Source: the human T2T-CHM13v2.0 reference genome, Homo sapiens. From it: a stretch of 64,000 bases of DNA. The DNA is taken from the NCBI RefSeq assembly GCF_009914755.1, contig NC_060948.1; one strand, written 5' to 3'. Positions within the stretch are counted from its first letter, which is position 1. Every line of letters starts with the position of its first letter. The translations under genes were made by a program, and so were the position numbers. Positions 19,060 through 38,408 of this stretch are shown one piece after another. The notes beneath the pieces were generated by a model, which saw nothing but the letters and a program-made list of their open reading frames with translations, was not told where the DNA came from and did not search any database.

Positions 19060-21187
19060 AGATCCATATTTTTTAAATGAAAAAAAATTTCAAAGGTACT
19101 CTGCTTGGTACAATAATCAAATGTATAAACTGAGGAATAAAACATAACCATGAAACCTACTTATAACTGCATATGGAAAATACAGAGGATAATTTTTTAA
19201 ATAACATATTTTGAAAGCCTTAACTAGTAATTTGAAGAGTTGGCATTTGAAAGGCGAGTATGAATATACCTTCAAAGCAGCAACACAGGTTCCCCATGAG
19301 AAAAAGCAAACACAGGGAAAATAAAAACACAAAGGTTCAATCTCTTCTGACCTTTGAAAGACACAGCACAGACAGTGGTCCTTAGGACGAAGAGCAGGAG
19401 ACCCCTAATTCCGTCACCATGGCGATAGGGCATAAACATTGCTGGGTGAGGGCACAATCCACATTGTGAGGTCCAACTGCTGCCAGGAAGACAGGAGTGC
19501 TTTAACATAGACCGAAAGGTCATTGAAGGCTCAGAGTTTTGTTTCAAGAACTGAATCCCAAGCCCACACGTTATTAGGCTGCGCTTCTTAAAACAAGTTA
19601 TGAGATGGGAAAAAGGGCACCCACAAACATACGTATACATTATGTATATAATAATATACAGTGTCATATATATAATATATATAACCTATGTATAATATTG
19701 TTTTACATCCTGCATCTTATGTTATTTATATTGTATAAAATATAATAATTGATAATATATAAGTTTTATAATTATACAATATGACATATGGTATATATTA
19801 TAATTTATGACATATATAATATATGTTATATATCATATATAGAATATATTATACGGTTAATATACGTATTAAATATAAATTATACATTATATATATTATA
19901 TATAATATATCTGTTATATATAATACCCATTATGCATAATATATATATTATGTCTATGTTATATATAGTATAAAACAACATATAATAATATATAATTGTA
20001 TATATAAAATGCGACATATAATATATGTTATATTTTATAACATATGTAATATATATTATATATTATATATAATACGTTGTATGTATAATACCTATATTAA
20101 ATATATATTATATGACTATGTTATTAATTACATGTCACATGTGTTATATATTATATATTTTACATAGAATATACCGGTTACATACAATATATACTATGTT
20201 ACCTATAATGTATAATTTATTACATGTAAAATAAAGAATGCAATATATTATGTAAAATTTATAATATACAATATGTGGAATGTGATATATATAACATATA
20301 ATATATGATATATGATATACAGTATATGATATATAACATACAATATATGATTCCTAATATATATGGTATACAATATATATTTTATGATATGTATTCTATA
20401 TGTTTTATATTCTGTTATATATAACTATTTGAAATTATATATAACTGTATAATATTTTATGTAAATATGTAATATAATATATATAACTATATAATATATT
20501 ATATATAACTATATATTATGTTATATATATTTTTATAACATAATTTACATAAAATATCATAATATAATATATATTATATTATTTCATATTACATAATATA
20601 TATTACATATCACCCAATATAACTAACATACATAATATTATAATATAGATTATATTGTGTTATATTAAATATCATATATATCTTGTATCATATATTCTAT
20701 AATATATATTACACATTATATAATATGTATGTTGTCTATTATGTGATATATATAACTATATATATAATTATATTTTTATACATATAACTAGATAAACATG
20801 TAATTCTACATATTTTCATTTATAATATGTAGAATTATATAATCATATATAATTATTTATATTCTATAAAAAATTTTATCATTATATAAATTATAATATA
20901 TAAAAATTATAATATGTACTACAAATATATATATTATATATCATATATGATATAGTACCTTTGTTATATATCACAATACATATAAATGTGTATTATGTTA
21001 TCTATAATTATATAATTTCATATATAAGATGTATAATATGTATCTTATATTATATAAGTTATGTAATATATATAGTATATATAAGATGACACAGGGTAAA
21101 TATTATATACTATGACATATAAAATATATGATGTTATATGTTACATATAAGGCATAGCACATAACATGTAATATATATCATATATAA

Positions 21188-21479
21188 TTTTTTTTTAGAC
21201 AGAATCTTGTCCTGTTGCACATGGTGGGGTACAATGGCGCCATCTTTGCTCACTGCAACTTCTGCCTCACGGGTCCAAGCGATTGTCCTCTCTCAGCCTC
21301 CCAGGTAGCTGGGACTACACCACACTGGGACTACACCAGCTGCCACCATGCCTAGCTAATTTTTTGGATTTTTAGTAGTGACAGCGTTTCACTGTATTGG
21401 CCAGGATGGTCTTGATCTCTTCACCTTGTGATCCCCTTGCCTTGGCCTCCAAATTTGCTGGGATTACAGGCCTGAGCCA
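21188..21479 (-). mobile_element. Alu copy in U9
   Basis: Near-identical to 1846-2137. Confidence 0.95.
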
Positions 21480-23582
21480 AGATCCATATTTTTTAAATGA
21501 AAAAAAATTTCAAAGGTACTCTGCTTGGTACAATAATCAAATGTATAAACTGAGGAATAAAACATAACCATGAAACCTACTTATAACTGCATATGGAAAA
21601 TACAGAGGATAATTTTTTAAATAACATATTTTGAAAGCCTTAACTAGTAATTTTAAGAGTTGGCATGTGAAAGGCCAGTATGAATATACCTTCAAAGCAG
21701 CAACACAGGTTCCCCATGAGAAAAAGCAAACACAGGGAAAATAAAAACACAAAGGTTCAATCTCTTCTGACCTTTGAAAGACACAGCACAGACAGTGGTC
21801 CTTAGGACGAAGAGCAGGAGACCCCTAATTCCGTCACCATGGCGATAGGGCATAAACATTGCTGGGTGAGGGCACAATCCACATTGTGAGGTCCAACTGC
21901 TGCCAGGAAGACAGGAGTGCTTTTACATAGACCGAAAGTTCATTGAAGGCTCAGAGTTTTGTTTCAAGAACTGAATCCCAAGCCCACACGTTATTAGGCT
22001 GCGCTTCTTAAAACAAGTTGTGAGATGGGAAAAAGGGCACCCACAAACATACGTATACATTATGTATATAATAATATACAGTGTCATATATATAATATAT
22101 ATAACCTATGTATAATATTGTTTTACATCCTGCATCTTATGTTATTTATATTGTATAAAATATAATAATTGATAATATATAAGTTTTATAATTATACAAT
22201 ATGACATATAGTATATATTATAATTTATGACATATATAATATATGTTATATATCATATATAGAATATATTATACGGTTAATATACGTATTAAATATAAAT
22301 TATACATTATATATATTATATATAATATATCTGGTATATATAATACCCATTATGCATAATATATATATTATGTCTATGTTATATATAGTATAAAACAACA
22401 TATAATAATATATAATTGTATATATAAAATGCGACATATAATATATATTATATTTTATAACATATGTAATATATATTATATATTATATATAATACGTTGT
22501 ATGTATAATACCTATATTAAATATATAATATGACTATGTTATTAATTACATGTCACATGTGTTATATATTATATATTTTACATAGAATATACCGGTTACA
22601 TACAATATATACTATGTTACCTATAATGTATAATTTATTACATGTAAAATAAAGAATGCAATATATTATGTATAATTTATAATATACAATATGTGGAATG
22701 TGATATATATAACATATAATATATGATATATGATATACAGTATATGATATATAACATACAATATATGATTCCTAATATATATGGTATACAATATATATTT
22801 TATGATATGTATTCTATATGTTTTATATTCTGTTATATATAACTATTTGAAATTATATATAACTGTATAATATTTTATGTAAATATGTAATATAATATAT
22901 ATAACTATATAATATATTATATATAACTATATATTATGTTATATATACTTTTATAACATAATTTACATAAAATATCATAATATAATATATATTATATTAT
23001 TTCATATTACATAATATATATTACATATCACCCAATATAACTAACATACATAATATTATAATATAGATTATATTATGTTATATTAAATATCATATATATC
23101 ATGTATCATATATTCTATAATATATATTACACATTATATAATATGTATGTTGTCTATTATGTGATATATATAACTATATAAATAGTTATATTTTTATACA
23201 TATAACTAGATAAACATGTAATTCTACATATTTTCATTTATAATATGTAGAATTATATAATCATATATAATTATTTATATTCTATAAAAAATTTTATCAT
23301 TATATAAATTATAATATATAAAAATTATAATATGTACTACAAATATATATATTATATATCATATATGATATAGTACCTTTGTTATATATCATAATACATA
23401 TAAATGTGTATTATGTTATCTATAATTATATAATTTCATATATAAGATGTATAATATGTATCATATATTATATATGTTATGTAATATATATAGTATATAT
23501 AAGATGACACAGGATAAATATTATATACTATGACATATAAAATATATGAGGTTATATGTTACATATAAGCCATAGCACATAA

Positions 23583-23897
<315 letters not shown>

Positions 23898-26019
23898 AGA
23901 TCCATATTTTTTAAATGAAAAAAAATTTCAAAGGTACTCTGCTTGGTACAATAATCAAATGTATAAACTGAGGAATAAAACATAACCATGAAACCTACTT
24001 ATAACTGCATATGGAAAATACAGAGGATAATTTTTTAAATAACATATTTTGAAAGCCTTAACTAGTAATTTGAAGAGTTGGCATTTGAAAGGCCAGTATG
24101 AATATACCTTCAAAGCAGCAACACAGGTTCCCCATGAGAAAAAGCAAACACAGGGAAAATAAAAACACAAAGGTTCAATCTCTTCTGACCTTTGAAAGAC
24201 ACAGCACAGACAGTGGTCCTTAGGACGAAGAGCAGGAGACCCCTAATTCCGTCACCATGGCGATAGGGCATAAACATTGCTGGGTGAGGGCACAATCCAC
24301 ATTGTGAGGTCCAACTGCTGCCAGGAAGACAGGAGTGCTTTAACATAGACCGAAAGGTCATTGAAGGCTCAGAGTTTTGTTTCAAGAACTGAATCCCAAG
24401 CCCACACGTTATTAGGCTGCGCTTCTTAAAACAAGTTATGAGATGGGAAAAAGGGCACCCACAAACATACGTATACATTATGTATATAATAATATACAGT
24501 GTCATATATATAATATATATAACCTATGTATAATATTGTTTTACATCCTGCATCTTATGTTATTTATATTGTATAAAATATAATAATTGAAAATATATAT
24601 GTTTTATAATTATACAATATGACATATGGTATATATTATAATTTATGACATATATAATATATGTTATATATCATATATAGAATATATTATACGGTTAATA
24701 TACGTATTAAATATAAATTATACATTATATATATTATATATAATATATCTGTTATATATAATACCCATTATGCATAATATATATATTATGTCTATGTTAT
24801 ATATAGTATAAAACAACATATAATAATATATAATTGTATATATAAAATGCGACATATAATATATATTATATTTTATAACATATGTAATATATATTATATA
24901 TTATATATAATACGTTGTATGTATAATACCTATATTAAATATATATTATATGACTATGTTATTAATTACATGTCACATGTGTTATATATTATATATTTTA
25001 CATAGAATATACCGGTTACATACAATATATACTATGTTACCTATAATGTATAATTTATTACATGTAAAATAAAGAATGCAATATATTATGTAAAATTTAT
25101 AATATACAATATGTGGAATGTGATATATATAACATATAATATATGATATATGATATACAGTATATGATATATAACATACAATATATGATTCCTAATATAT
25201 ATGGTATACAATATATATTTTATGATATGTATTCTATATGTTTTATATTCTGTTATATATAACTATTTGAAATTATATATAACTGTATAATATTTTATGT
25301 AAATATGTAATATAATATATATAACTATATAATATATTATATATAACTATATATTATGTTATATATACTTTTATAACATAATTTACATAAAATATCATAA
25401 TATAATATATATTATATTATTTCATATTACATAATATATATTACATATCACCCAATATAACTAACATACATAATATTATAATATAGATTATATTGTGTTA
25501 TATTAAATATCATATATATCATGTATCATATATTCTATAATATATATTACACATTATATAATATGTATGTTGTCTATTATGTGATATATATAACTATATA
25601 TAATTATATTTTTTACATATAACTAGATAAACATGTAATTCTACATATTTTCATTTATAATATGTAGAATTATATAATCATATATAATTATTTATATTGT
25701 ATAAAAAATTTTATCATTATATAAATTATAATATATAAAAATTATATGTACTACAAATATATATATTATATATCATATATGATATAGTACCTTTGTTATA
25801 TATCATAATACATATAAATGTGTATTATGTTATCTATAATTATATAATTTCATATATAAGATGTATAATATGTATCATATATTATATATGTTATGTAATA
25901 TATATAGTATATATAAGATGACACAGGATAAATATTATATACTATGACATATAAAATATATGAGGTTATATGTTACATATAAGGCATAGCACATATCATG
26001 TAATATATATCATATATAA

Positions 26020-26311
26020 TTTTTTTTTAGACAGAATCTTGTCCTGTTGCACAGGGTGGGGTACAATGGCGCCATCTTTGCTCACTGCAACTTCTGCCTC
26101 ACGGGTCCAAGCGATTGTCCTCCCTCAGCCTCCCAGGTAGCTGGGACTACACCACACTGGGACTACACCAGCTGCCACCATGCCTAGCTAATTTTTTGGA
26201 TTTTTAGTAGTGACAGCGTTTCACTGTATTGGCCAGGATGGTCTTGATCTCTTCACCTTGTGATCCCCTTGCCTTGGCCTCCAAATTTGCTGGGATTACA
26301 GGCCTGAGCCA
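26020..26311 (-). mobile_element. Alu copy in U11
   Basis: Near-identical to 1846-2137. Confidence 0.95.
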
Positions 26312-28418
26312 AGATCCATATTTTTTAAATGAAAAAAAATTTCAAAGGTACTCTGCTTGGTACAATAATCAAATGTATAAACTGAGGAATAAAACATAAC
26401 CATGAAACCTACTTATAACTGCATATGGAAAATACAGAGGATAATTTTTTAAATAACATATTTTGAAAGCCTTAACTAGTAATTTGAAGAGTTGGCATTT
26501 GAAAGGCCAGTATGAATATACCTTCAAAGCAGCAACACAGGTTCCCCATGAGAAAAAGCAAACACAGGGAAAATAAAAACACAAAGGTTCAATCTCTTCT
26601 GACCTTTGAAAGACACAGCACAGACAGTGGTCCTTAGGACGAAGAGCAGGAGACCCCTAATTCCGTCACCATGGCGATAGGGCATAAACATTGCTGGGTG
26701 AGGGCACAATCCACATTGTGAGGTCCAACTGCTGCCAGGAAGACAGGAGTGCTTTTACATAGACCGAAAGGTCATTGAAGGCTCAGAGTTTTGTTTCAAG
26801 AACTGAATCCCAAGCCCACACGTTATTAGGCTGCGCTTCTTAAAACAAGTTATGAGACGGGAAAAAGGGCACCCACAAACATACGTATACATTATGTATA
26901 TAATAATATACAGTGTCATATATATAATATATATAACCTATGTATAATATTGTTTTACATCCTGCATCTTCTGTTATATATATTGTATAAAATATAATAA
27001 TTGATAATATATAAGTTTTATAATTATACAATATGACATATACTATATATTATAATTTATGACATATATAATATATGTTATATATCATATATAGAATATA
27101 TTATACGGTTAATATACGTATTAAATATAAATTATACATTATATATATTATATATAATATATCTGTTATATATAATACCCATTATGCATAATATATATAT
27201 TATGTCTATGTTACATATAGTATAAAACAACATATAATAATATATAATTGTATATATAAAATGCGACATATAATATATTTTATATTTTATAACATATGTA
27301 ATATATATTATATATTATATATAATACGTTGTATGTATAATACCTATATTAAATATATATTATATGACTATGTTATTAATTACATGTCTCTTGTGTTATA
27401 TATTATATATTTTACATAGAATATACCGGTTACATACAATATATACTATGTTACCTATAATGTATAATTTATTACATGTAAAATAAAGAATGCAATATAT
27501 TATGTAAAATTTATAACATACAATATGTGGAATGTGATATATATAACATATAATATATGATATATGATATACAGTATATGATATATAACATACAATATAT
27601 GATTCCTAATATATATGGTATACAATATATATTTTATGATATGTATTCTATATGTTTTATGTTCTGTTATATATAACTATTTGAAATTATATATAACTGT
27701 ATAATATTTTATGTAAATATGTAATATAATATATATAACTATATAATATATTATATATAACTATATATTATGTTATATATACTTTTATAACATAATTTAC
27801 ATAAAATATCATAATATAATATATATTATATTATTTCATATTACATAATATATATTACATATCACCCAATATAACTAACATACATAATATTATAATATAG
27901 ATTATATTATGTTATATTAAATATCATATATATCATGTATCATATATTCTATAATATATATTACACATTATATAATATGTATGTTGTCTATTATGTGATA
28001 TATATAACTATATATATAATTATATTTTTATACATATAACTAGATAAACATGTAATTCTACATATTTTCATTTATAATATGTAGAATGATATAATCATAT
28101 ATAATTATTTATATTGTATAAAAAATTTTATCATTATATAAATTATAATATATAAAAATTATAATATGTACTACAAATATATATATATTATATATCATAT
28201 ATGATATAGTACCTTTGTTATATATCATAATACATATAAATGTGTATTATGTTATCTATAATTATATAATTTCATATATTAGATGTATAATATGTATCAT
28301 ATATTATATATGTTATGTAATATATATAGTATATATAAGATGACACAGGATAAATATTATATACTATGACATATAAAATATATGAGGTTATATGTTACAT
28401 ATAAGGCATAGCACATAA

Positions 28419-28733
<315 letters not shown>

Positions 28734-30840
28734 AGATCCATACTTTTTAAATGAAAAAAAATTTCAAAGGTACTCTGCTTGGTACAATAATCAAATGTAT
28801 AAACTGAGGAATAAAACATAACCATGAAACCTACTTATAACTGCATATGGAAAATACAGAGGATAATTTTTTAAATAACATATTTTGAAAGCCTTAACTA
28901 GTAATTTGAAGAGTTGGCATTTGAAAGGCCAGTATGAATATACCTTCAAAGCAGCAACACAGGTTCCCCATGAGAAAAAGCAAACTCAGGGAAAATAGAA
29001 ACACAAAGGTTCAATCTCTTCTGACCTTTGAAAGACACAGCACAGACAGTGGTCCTTAGGACGAAGAGCAGGAGACCCCTAATTCCGTCACCATGGCGAT
29101 AGGGCATAAACATTGCTGGGTGAGGGCACAATCCACATTGTGAGGTCCAACTGCTGCCAGGAAGACAGGCGTGCTTTTACATAGACCGAAAGGTCATTGA
29201 AGGCTCAGAGTTTTGTTTCAAGAACTGAATCCCAAGCCCACACGTTATTAGGCTGCGCTTCTTAAAACAAGTTATGAGATGGGAAAAAGGGCACCCACAA
29301 ACATACGTATACATTATGTATATAATAATATACAGTGTCATATATATAATATATATAACCTATGTATAATATTGTTTTACATCTTGCATCTTATGTTATA
29401 TATATTGTATAAAATATAATTATTGATAATATATAAGTTTTATAATTATGCTACATGACATATAGCATATATTATAATTTATGACATATATAATATATGT
29501 TATATATCATATATAGAATATATTATACGGTTAATATACGTATTAAATATACATTATACATTATATATATTATATAAAATATATCTGTTATATATAATAC
29601 CCATTATGCATAATATATATATTATGTCTATGTTATATATAGTATAAAACAACATATAATAATATATAATTGTATATATAAAATGCGACATATAATATAT
29701 ATTATATTTTATAACATATGTAATATATATTATATATTATATATAATACGTTGTATGTATAATACCTATATTAAATATATATTATATGACTATGTTATTA
29801 ATTACATGTCACATGTGTTATATATTATATATTTTACATAGAATATACCGGTTACATACAATATATACTATGTTACCTATAATGTATAATTTATTACATG
29901 TAAAATAAAGAATGCAATATATTATGTAAAATTTATAACATACAATATGTGGAATGTGATATATATAACATATAATATATGATATATGATATACAGTATA
30001 TGATATATAACATACAATATATGATTCCTAATATATATGGTATACAATATATATTTTATGATATGTATTCTATATGTTTTATATTCTGTTATATATAACT
30101 ATTTGAAATTATATATAACTGTATAATATTTTATGTAAATATGTAATATAATATATATAACTATATAATATATTATATATAACTATATATTATGTTATAT
30201 ATACTTTTATAACATAATTTACATAAAATATCATAATATAATATATATTATATTATTTCATATTACATAATATATATTACATATCACCCAATATAACTAA
30301 CATACATAATATTATAATATAGATTATATTATGTTATATTAAATATCATATATATCATGTATCATATATTCTATAATATATATTACACATTATATAATAT
30401 GTATGTTGTCTATTATGTGATATATATAACTATATATATAATTATATTTTTATACATATAACTAGATAAACATGTAATTCTACATATTTTCATTTATAAT
30501 ATGTAGAATTATATAATCATATATAATTATTAATATTCTATAAAAAATTTTATCATTATATAAATTATAATATATAAAAATTATAATATGTACTACAAAT
30601 GTATATATATTATATATCATATATGATATAGTACCTTTGTTATATATCATAATACATATAAATGTGTATTATGTTATCTACAATTATATAATTTCATATA
30701 TAAGATGTATAATATGTATCATATATTATATATGTTATGTAATATATATAGTATATATAAAATGACACAGGATAAATATTATATACTATGACATATAAAA
30801 TATATGAGGTTATATGTTACATATAAGGCATAGCACATAA

Positions 30841-31155
<315 letters not shown>

Positions 31156-33280
31156 AGATCCATACTTTTTAAATGAAAAAAAATTTCAAAGGTACTCTGC
31201 TTGGTACAATAATCAAATGTATAAACTGAGGAATAAAACATAACCATGAAACCTACTTATAACTGCATATGGAAAATACAGAGGATAATTTTTTAAATAA
31301 CATATTTTGAAAGCCTTAACTAGTAATTTGAAGAGTTGGCATTTGAAAGGCCAGTATGAATATACCTTCAAAGCAGCAACACAGGTTCCCCATGAGAAAA
31401 AGCAAACTCAGGGAAAATAAAAACACAAAGGTTCAATCTCTTCTGACCTTTGAAAGACACAGCACAGACAGTGGTCCTTAGGACGAAGAGCAGGAGACCC
31501 CTAATTCCGTCACCATGGCGATAGGGCATAAACATTGCTGGGTGAGGGCACAATCCACATTGTGAGGTCCAACTGCTGCCAGGAAGACAGGAGTGCTTTT
31601 ACATAGACCGAAAGGTCATTGAAGGCTCAGAGTTTTGTTTCAAGAACTGAATCCCAAGCCCACACGTTATTAGGCTGCACTTCTTAAAACAAGTTATGAG
31701 ATGGGAAAAAGGGCACCCACAAACATACGTATACATTATGTATATAATAATATACAGTGTCATATATATAATATATATAACCTATGTATAATATTGTTTT
31801 ACATCCTGCATCTTATATTGTATATATTGTCTAAAATATAATAATTGATAATATATAAGTTTTTTATTTATACAATATGACATATAGTATATATTATAAT
31901 TTATGACATATATAATATATGTTATATATCATATATAGAATATATTATATGGTTAATATACGTATTAAATATAAATTATACATTATATATATTATATATA
32001 ATATATCTGTTATATATAATACCCATTATGCATAATATATATATTATGTCTATATTATATATAGTATAAAACAACATATAATAATATATAATTGTATATA
32101 TAAAATGCGACATATAATATATATTATATTTTATAACATATGTAATATATATTATATATTATATATAATATGTTGTATGTATAATACCTATATTAAATAT
32201 ATATTATATGGCTATGTTATTAATTACATGTCACATATGTTATATATTATATATTTTACATAGAATATACCGGTTACATACAATATATACTATGTTACCT
32301 ATAATGTATAATTGATTGCATGTAAAATAAAGAATGCAATATATTATGTATAATTTATAATATACAATATGTGGAATGTGATATATATAACATATAATAT
32401 ATGATATATGATATACAGTATATGATATATAACATACAATATATGATACCTAATATATATGGTATACAATATATATTTTATGATATGTATTCTATATGTT
32501 TTATATTCTGTTATATATAACTATTTGAAATTATATATAACTGTATATTTTATGTAAATATGTAATATAATATATATAACTATATAATATATTATATATA
32601 ACTATATATTATGTTATATATACTTTTATAACATAATTTACATAAAATGTCATAATATAATATATATTATATTATTTCACATTACATAATATATATTACA
32701 TATCACCCAATATAAGTAACATATATAATATTATAATATAGATTATATTATGTTATATTAAATATCATATATATCATGTATCATATATTCTATGATATAT
32801 ATTACACATTATATAATATGTATGTTGTCTATTTTGTGATATATAAAACAATATATATAATTATATTATTATACATATAACTAGATAAACATGTAATTAT
32901 ACATATTTTCATTTGTAATATATAGAATTATATAACCATATATAATTATTTATATTCTATAAAAAATTATATCATTATATAAATTATAATATAAAAAAAT
33001 TATAATATGTACTACAAATATATATATTATATATCATATATGATATAGTACCTTTGTTATATATCATAATACATATAAATGTGTATTATGTTATCTATAA
33101 TTATATAATTTCATATATAAGATGTATAATATGTATTATATATTGTCTATGTTATGTAATATATATAGTATATGTAAGCTGACACAGGATAAATATTATA
33201 TACTATGACATATAAAATATATGAGGTTATATGTTACATATAAGGCAAAGCACATAACATGTAATATATGTCATATATAA

Positions 33281-33572
<292 letters not shown>

Positions 33573-35700
33573 AGATCCATATTTTTTAAATGAAAAAAAA
33601 TTTCAAAGGTACTCTGCTTGGTACAATAATCAAATGTATAAACTGAGGAATAAAACATAACCATGAAACCTACTTATAACTGCATATGGAAAATACAGAG
33701 GATAATTTTTTAAATAACATACTTTGAAAGCCTTAACTAGTAATTTGAAGAGTTGGCATTTGAAAGGCCAGTATGAATATACCTTCAAAGCAGCAACACA
33801 TGTTCCCCATGAGAAAAAGCAAACTCAGGGAAAATAAAACCACAAAGGTTCAATCTCTTCTGACCTTTGAAAGACACAGCACAGACAGTGGTCCTTAGGA
33901 CGAAGAGCAGGAGACCCCTAATTCCGTCACCATGGCGATAGGGCATAAACATTGCTGGGTGAGGGCACAATCCACATTAAGAGGTCCAACTGCTGCCAGG
34001 AAGACAGGAGTGCTTTTACATAGACCGAAAGGTCATCGAAGGCTCAGAGTTTTGTTTCAAGAACTGAATCCCAAGCCCACACGTTATTAGGCTGCGCTTC
34101 TTAAAACAAGTTATGAGATGGGAAAAAGGGCACCCACAAACATACGTATACATTATGTATATAATAATATACAGTATCATATATATAATATATATAACCT
34201 ATGTGTAATATTGTTTTACATCCTGCATCTTATATTATATATATTGTATAAAATATAATAATTCATAATACATAACGTTTATATTTATACAATATGACAT
34301 ATAGTATATATTATAATTTATGACATATATAATATAAGTTATATATCATATATAGAATATATTATACGGTTAATATACGTATTAAATATAAATTATACAT
34401 TATATATATTATATAAAATATATCTGTTATATATAATACCCTTTATGCATAATATATATATTATGTCTATGTTATATATAGTATAAAACAACATATAATA
34501 ATATATAATTGTATATATAAAATGCGACATATAATATATATTATATTTTATGACATATGTAATATATATTATATATTATATATAATACGTTGTATGTATA
34601 ATACCTATATTAAATATATATTATATGACTATGTTATTAATTACATGTCACATATGTTATATATTATATATTTTACATAGAATATACCGGTTACATACAA
34701 TATATACTATGTTACCTATAATGTATAATTGATTACATGTAAAATAAAGAATGCAATATATTATGTATAATTTATAATATACAATATGTGGAATGTGATA
34801 TATATAACATATAATATATGATATATGATATACAGTATATGATATATAACACACAATATATGATACCTAATATATATGGTATACAATATATATTTTATGA
34901 TATGTATTCTTTATGTTTTATATTCTGTTATATATAACTATTTGAAATTATATATAACTGTGTAATATTTTATGTAAATATGTAATATAATATATATAAC
35001 TATATAATATATTATATATAACTATATATTATGTTATATATACTTTTATAACATAATTTACATTAAATATCATAATATAATATATATTATATTATTTCAC
35101 ATTACATAATATATATTACATATCACCCAATATAAGTAACATACATAATATTATAATATAGATTATATTATGTTATATTAAATATCATATATATCATGTA
35201 TCATATATTCTATAATATATATTACACATTATATAATATGTATGTTGTCTATTATGTGATATATATAACTATATATATAATTATATTATTATACATATAA
35301 CTAGATAAACATGAAATTCTACATATTTTCATTTATAATATATAGAATTATATAATCATATATAATTATTTATATTCTATAAAAAATTATATCATTATAT
35401 AAATTATAATATATAAAAATTATAATATGTACTACAAATATATATATTATATATCATATATGATATAGTACCTTTGTTATATATCATAATACATATAAAT
35501 TTGTATTATGTTATCTACAATTATATAGTTTCATATATAAGATATATAATATGTATTATATATTGTATATGTTATGTAATATATATAGTATATATAAGCT
35601 GACACAGGATAAATATTATATACTATGACATATAAAATATATGAGGTTATATGTTACATATAAGGCATAGCACATAACATGTAATATATATCATATATAA

Positions 35701-35992
<292 letters not shown>

Positions 35993-38116
35993 AGATCCAT
36001 ATTTTGTAAATGAAAAAAAATTTCAAAGGTACTCTGCTTGGTACAATAATCAAATGTATAAACTGAGGAATGAAACATAACCATGAAACCTACTTATAAG
36101 TGCATATGGAAAATACAGAGGATAATTTTTTAAATAACATATTTTGAAAGCCTTAACTAGTAATTTGAAGAGTTGGCATTTGAAAGGCCAGTATGAATAT
36201 ACCTTCAAGGCAGCAACACAGGTTCCCCATGAGAAAAAGCAAACTCAGGGAAAATAAAACCACAAAGGTTCAATCTCTTCTGACCTTTGAAAGACACAGC
36301 ACAGACAGTGGTCCTTACGACGAAGAGCAGGAGACCCCTAATTCCGTCACCATGGCGATAGGGCATAAACATTGCTGGGTGAGGGCACAATCCACATTGT
36401 GAGGTCCAACTGCTGCCAGGAAGACAGGAGTGCTTTTACATAGACCGAAAGGTCATTGAAGGCTCAGAGTTTTGTTTCAAGAACTGAATCCCAAGCCCAC
36501 ACGTTATTAGGCTGCGCTTCTTAAAACAAGTTATGAGATGGGAAAAAGGGCACCCACAAACATACGTATACATTATGTATATAATAATATACAGTATCAT
36601 ATATATAATATATATAACCTATGTATAATATTGTTTTACATCCTGCATCTTATATTATATATATTGTCTTAAATATAATAATTGATAATATATAAGTTTA
36701 TATTTATACAATATGACATATAGTATATATTATAATTTATGACATATATAATATATGTTATATATCATATATAGAATATATTATACGGTTAATATACGTA
36801 TTAAATATAAATTATACACTATATATATTATATATAATATATCTGTTATATATAATACCCAGTATGCATAATATATATATTATGTCTATGTTATATATAG
36901 TATAAAACAACATATAATAATATATAATTGTATATATAGAATGCGACATATACTATATATTTTATTTTATGACATATGTAATATATATTACATATTATAT
37001 ATAATATGTTGTATGTATAATACCTATATTAAATATATATTATATGACTATGTTATTAATTACATGTCACATATGTTATATATTATATATTTTACATAGA
37101 ATATACCGGTTACATACAATTTATACTATGTTACCTATAATGTATAATTGATTACATGTAAAATAAAGAATGCAATATATTATGTATAATTTATAATATA
37201 CAATATGTGGAATGTGATATATATAACATATAACATATGATATATGATATACAGTATATGATATATAACATACAATATATGATACCTAATATATATGGTA
37301 TACAATATATATTTTATGATATGTATTCTATATGTTTTATATTCTGTTATATATAACTATTTGAAATTATATATAACTGTATATTTTATGTAAATATGTA
37401 ATATAATATATATAACTATATAATATATTATATATAAATATATATTATGTTATATATACTTTTATAACATAATTTACATAAAATGTCATAATATAATATA
37501 TATTATATTATTTCACATTACATAATATATATTACATATCACCCAATATAAGTAACATATATAATATTATAATATAGATTATATTATGTTATATTAAATA
37601 TCATATATATCATGTATCATATATTCTATAATATATATTACACATTATATAATATGTATGTTGTCTATTTTGTGATATATAAAACTATATATATAATTAT
37701 ACTATTATACATATAACTAGATAAACATGTAATTATACATATTTTCATTTGTAATATATAGAATTATATAATCATATATAATTATTTATATTCTATAAAA
37801 AATTATATCATTATATAAATTATAATATAAAAAAATTATAATATGTACTACAAATATATATATTATATATCATATATGATATAGTACCTTTGTTATATAT
37901 CATGATACATATAAATGTGTATTATGTTATCTATAATTATATAATTTCATATATAAGATGTATAATATGTATTATATATTGTCTATGTTATGTAATATAT
38001 ATAGTATATGTAAGCTGACACAGGATAAATATTATATACTATGACATATAAAATATATGAGGTTATATGTTACATATAAGGCATAGCACATAACATGTAA
38101 TATATGTCATATATAA

Positions 38117-38408
<292 letters not shown>
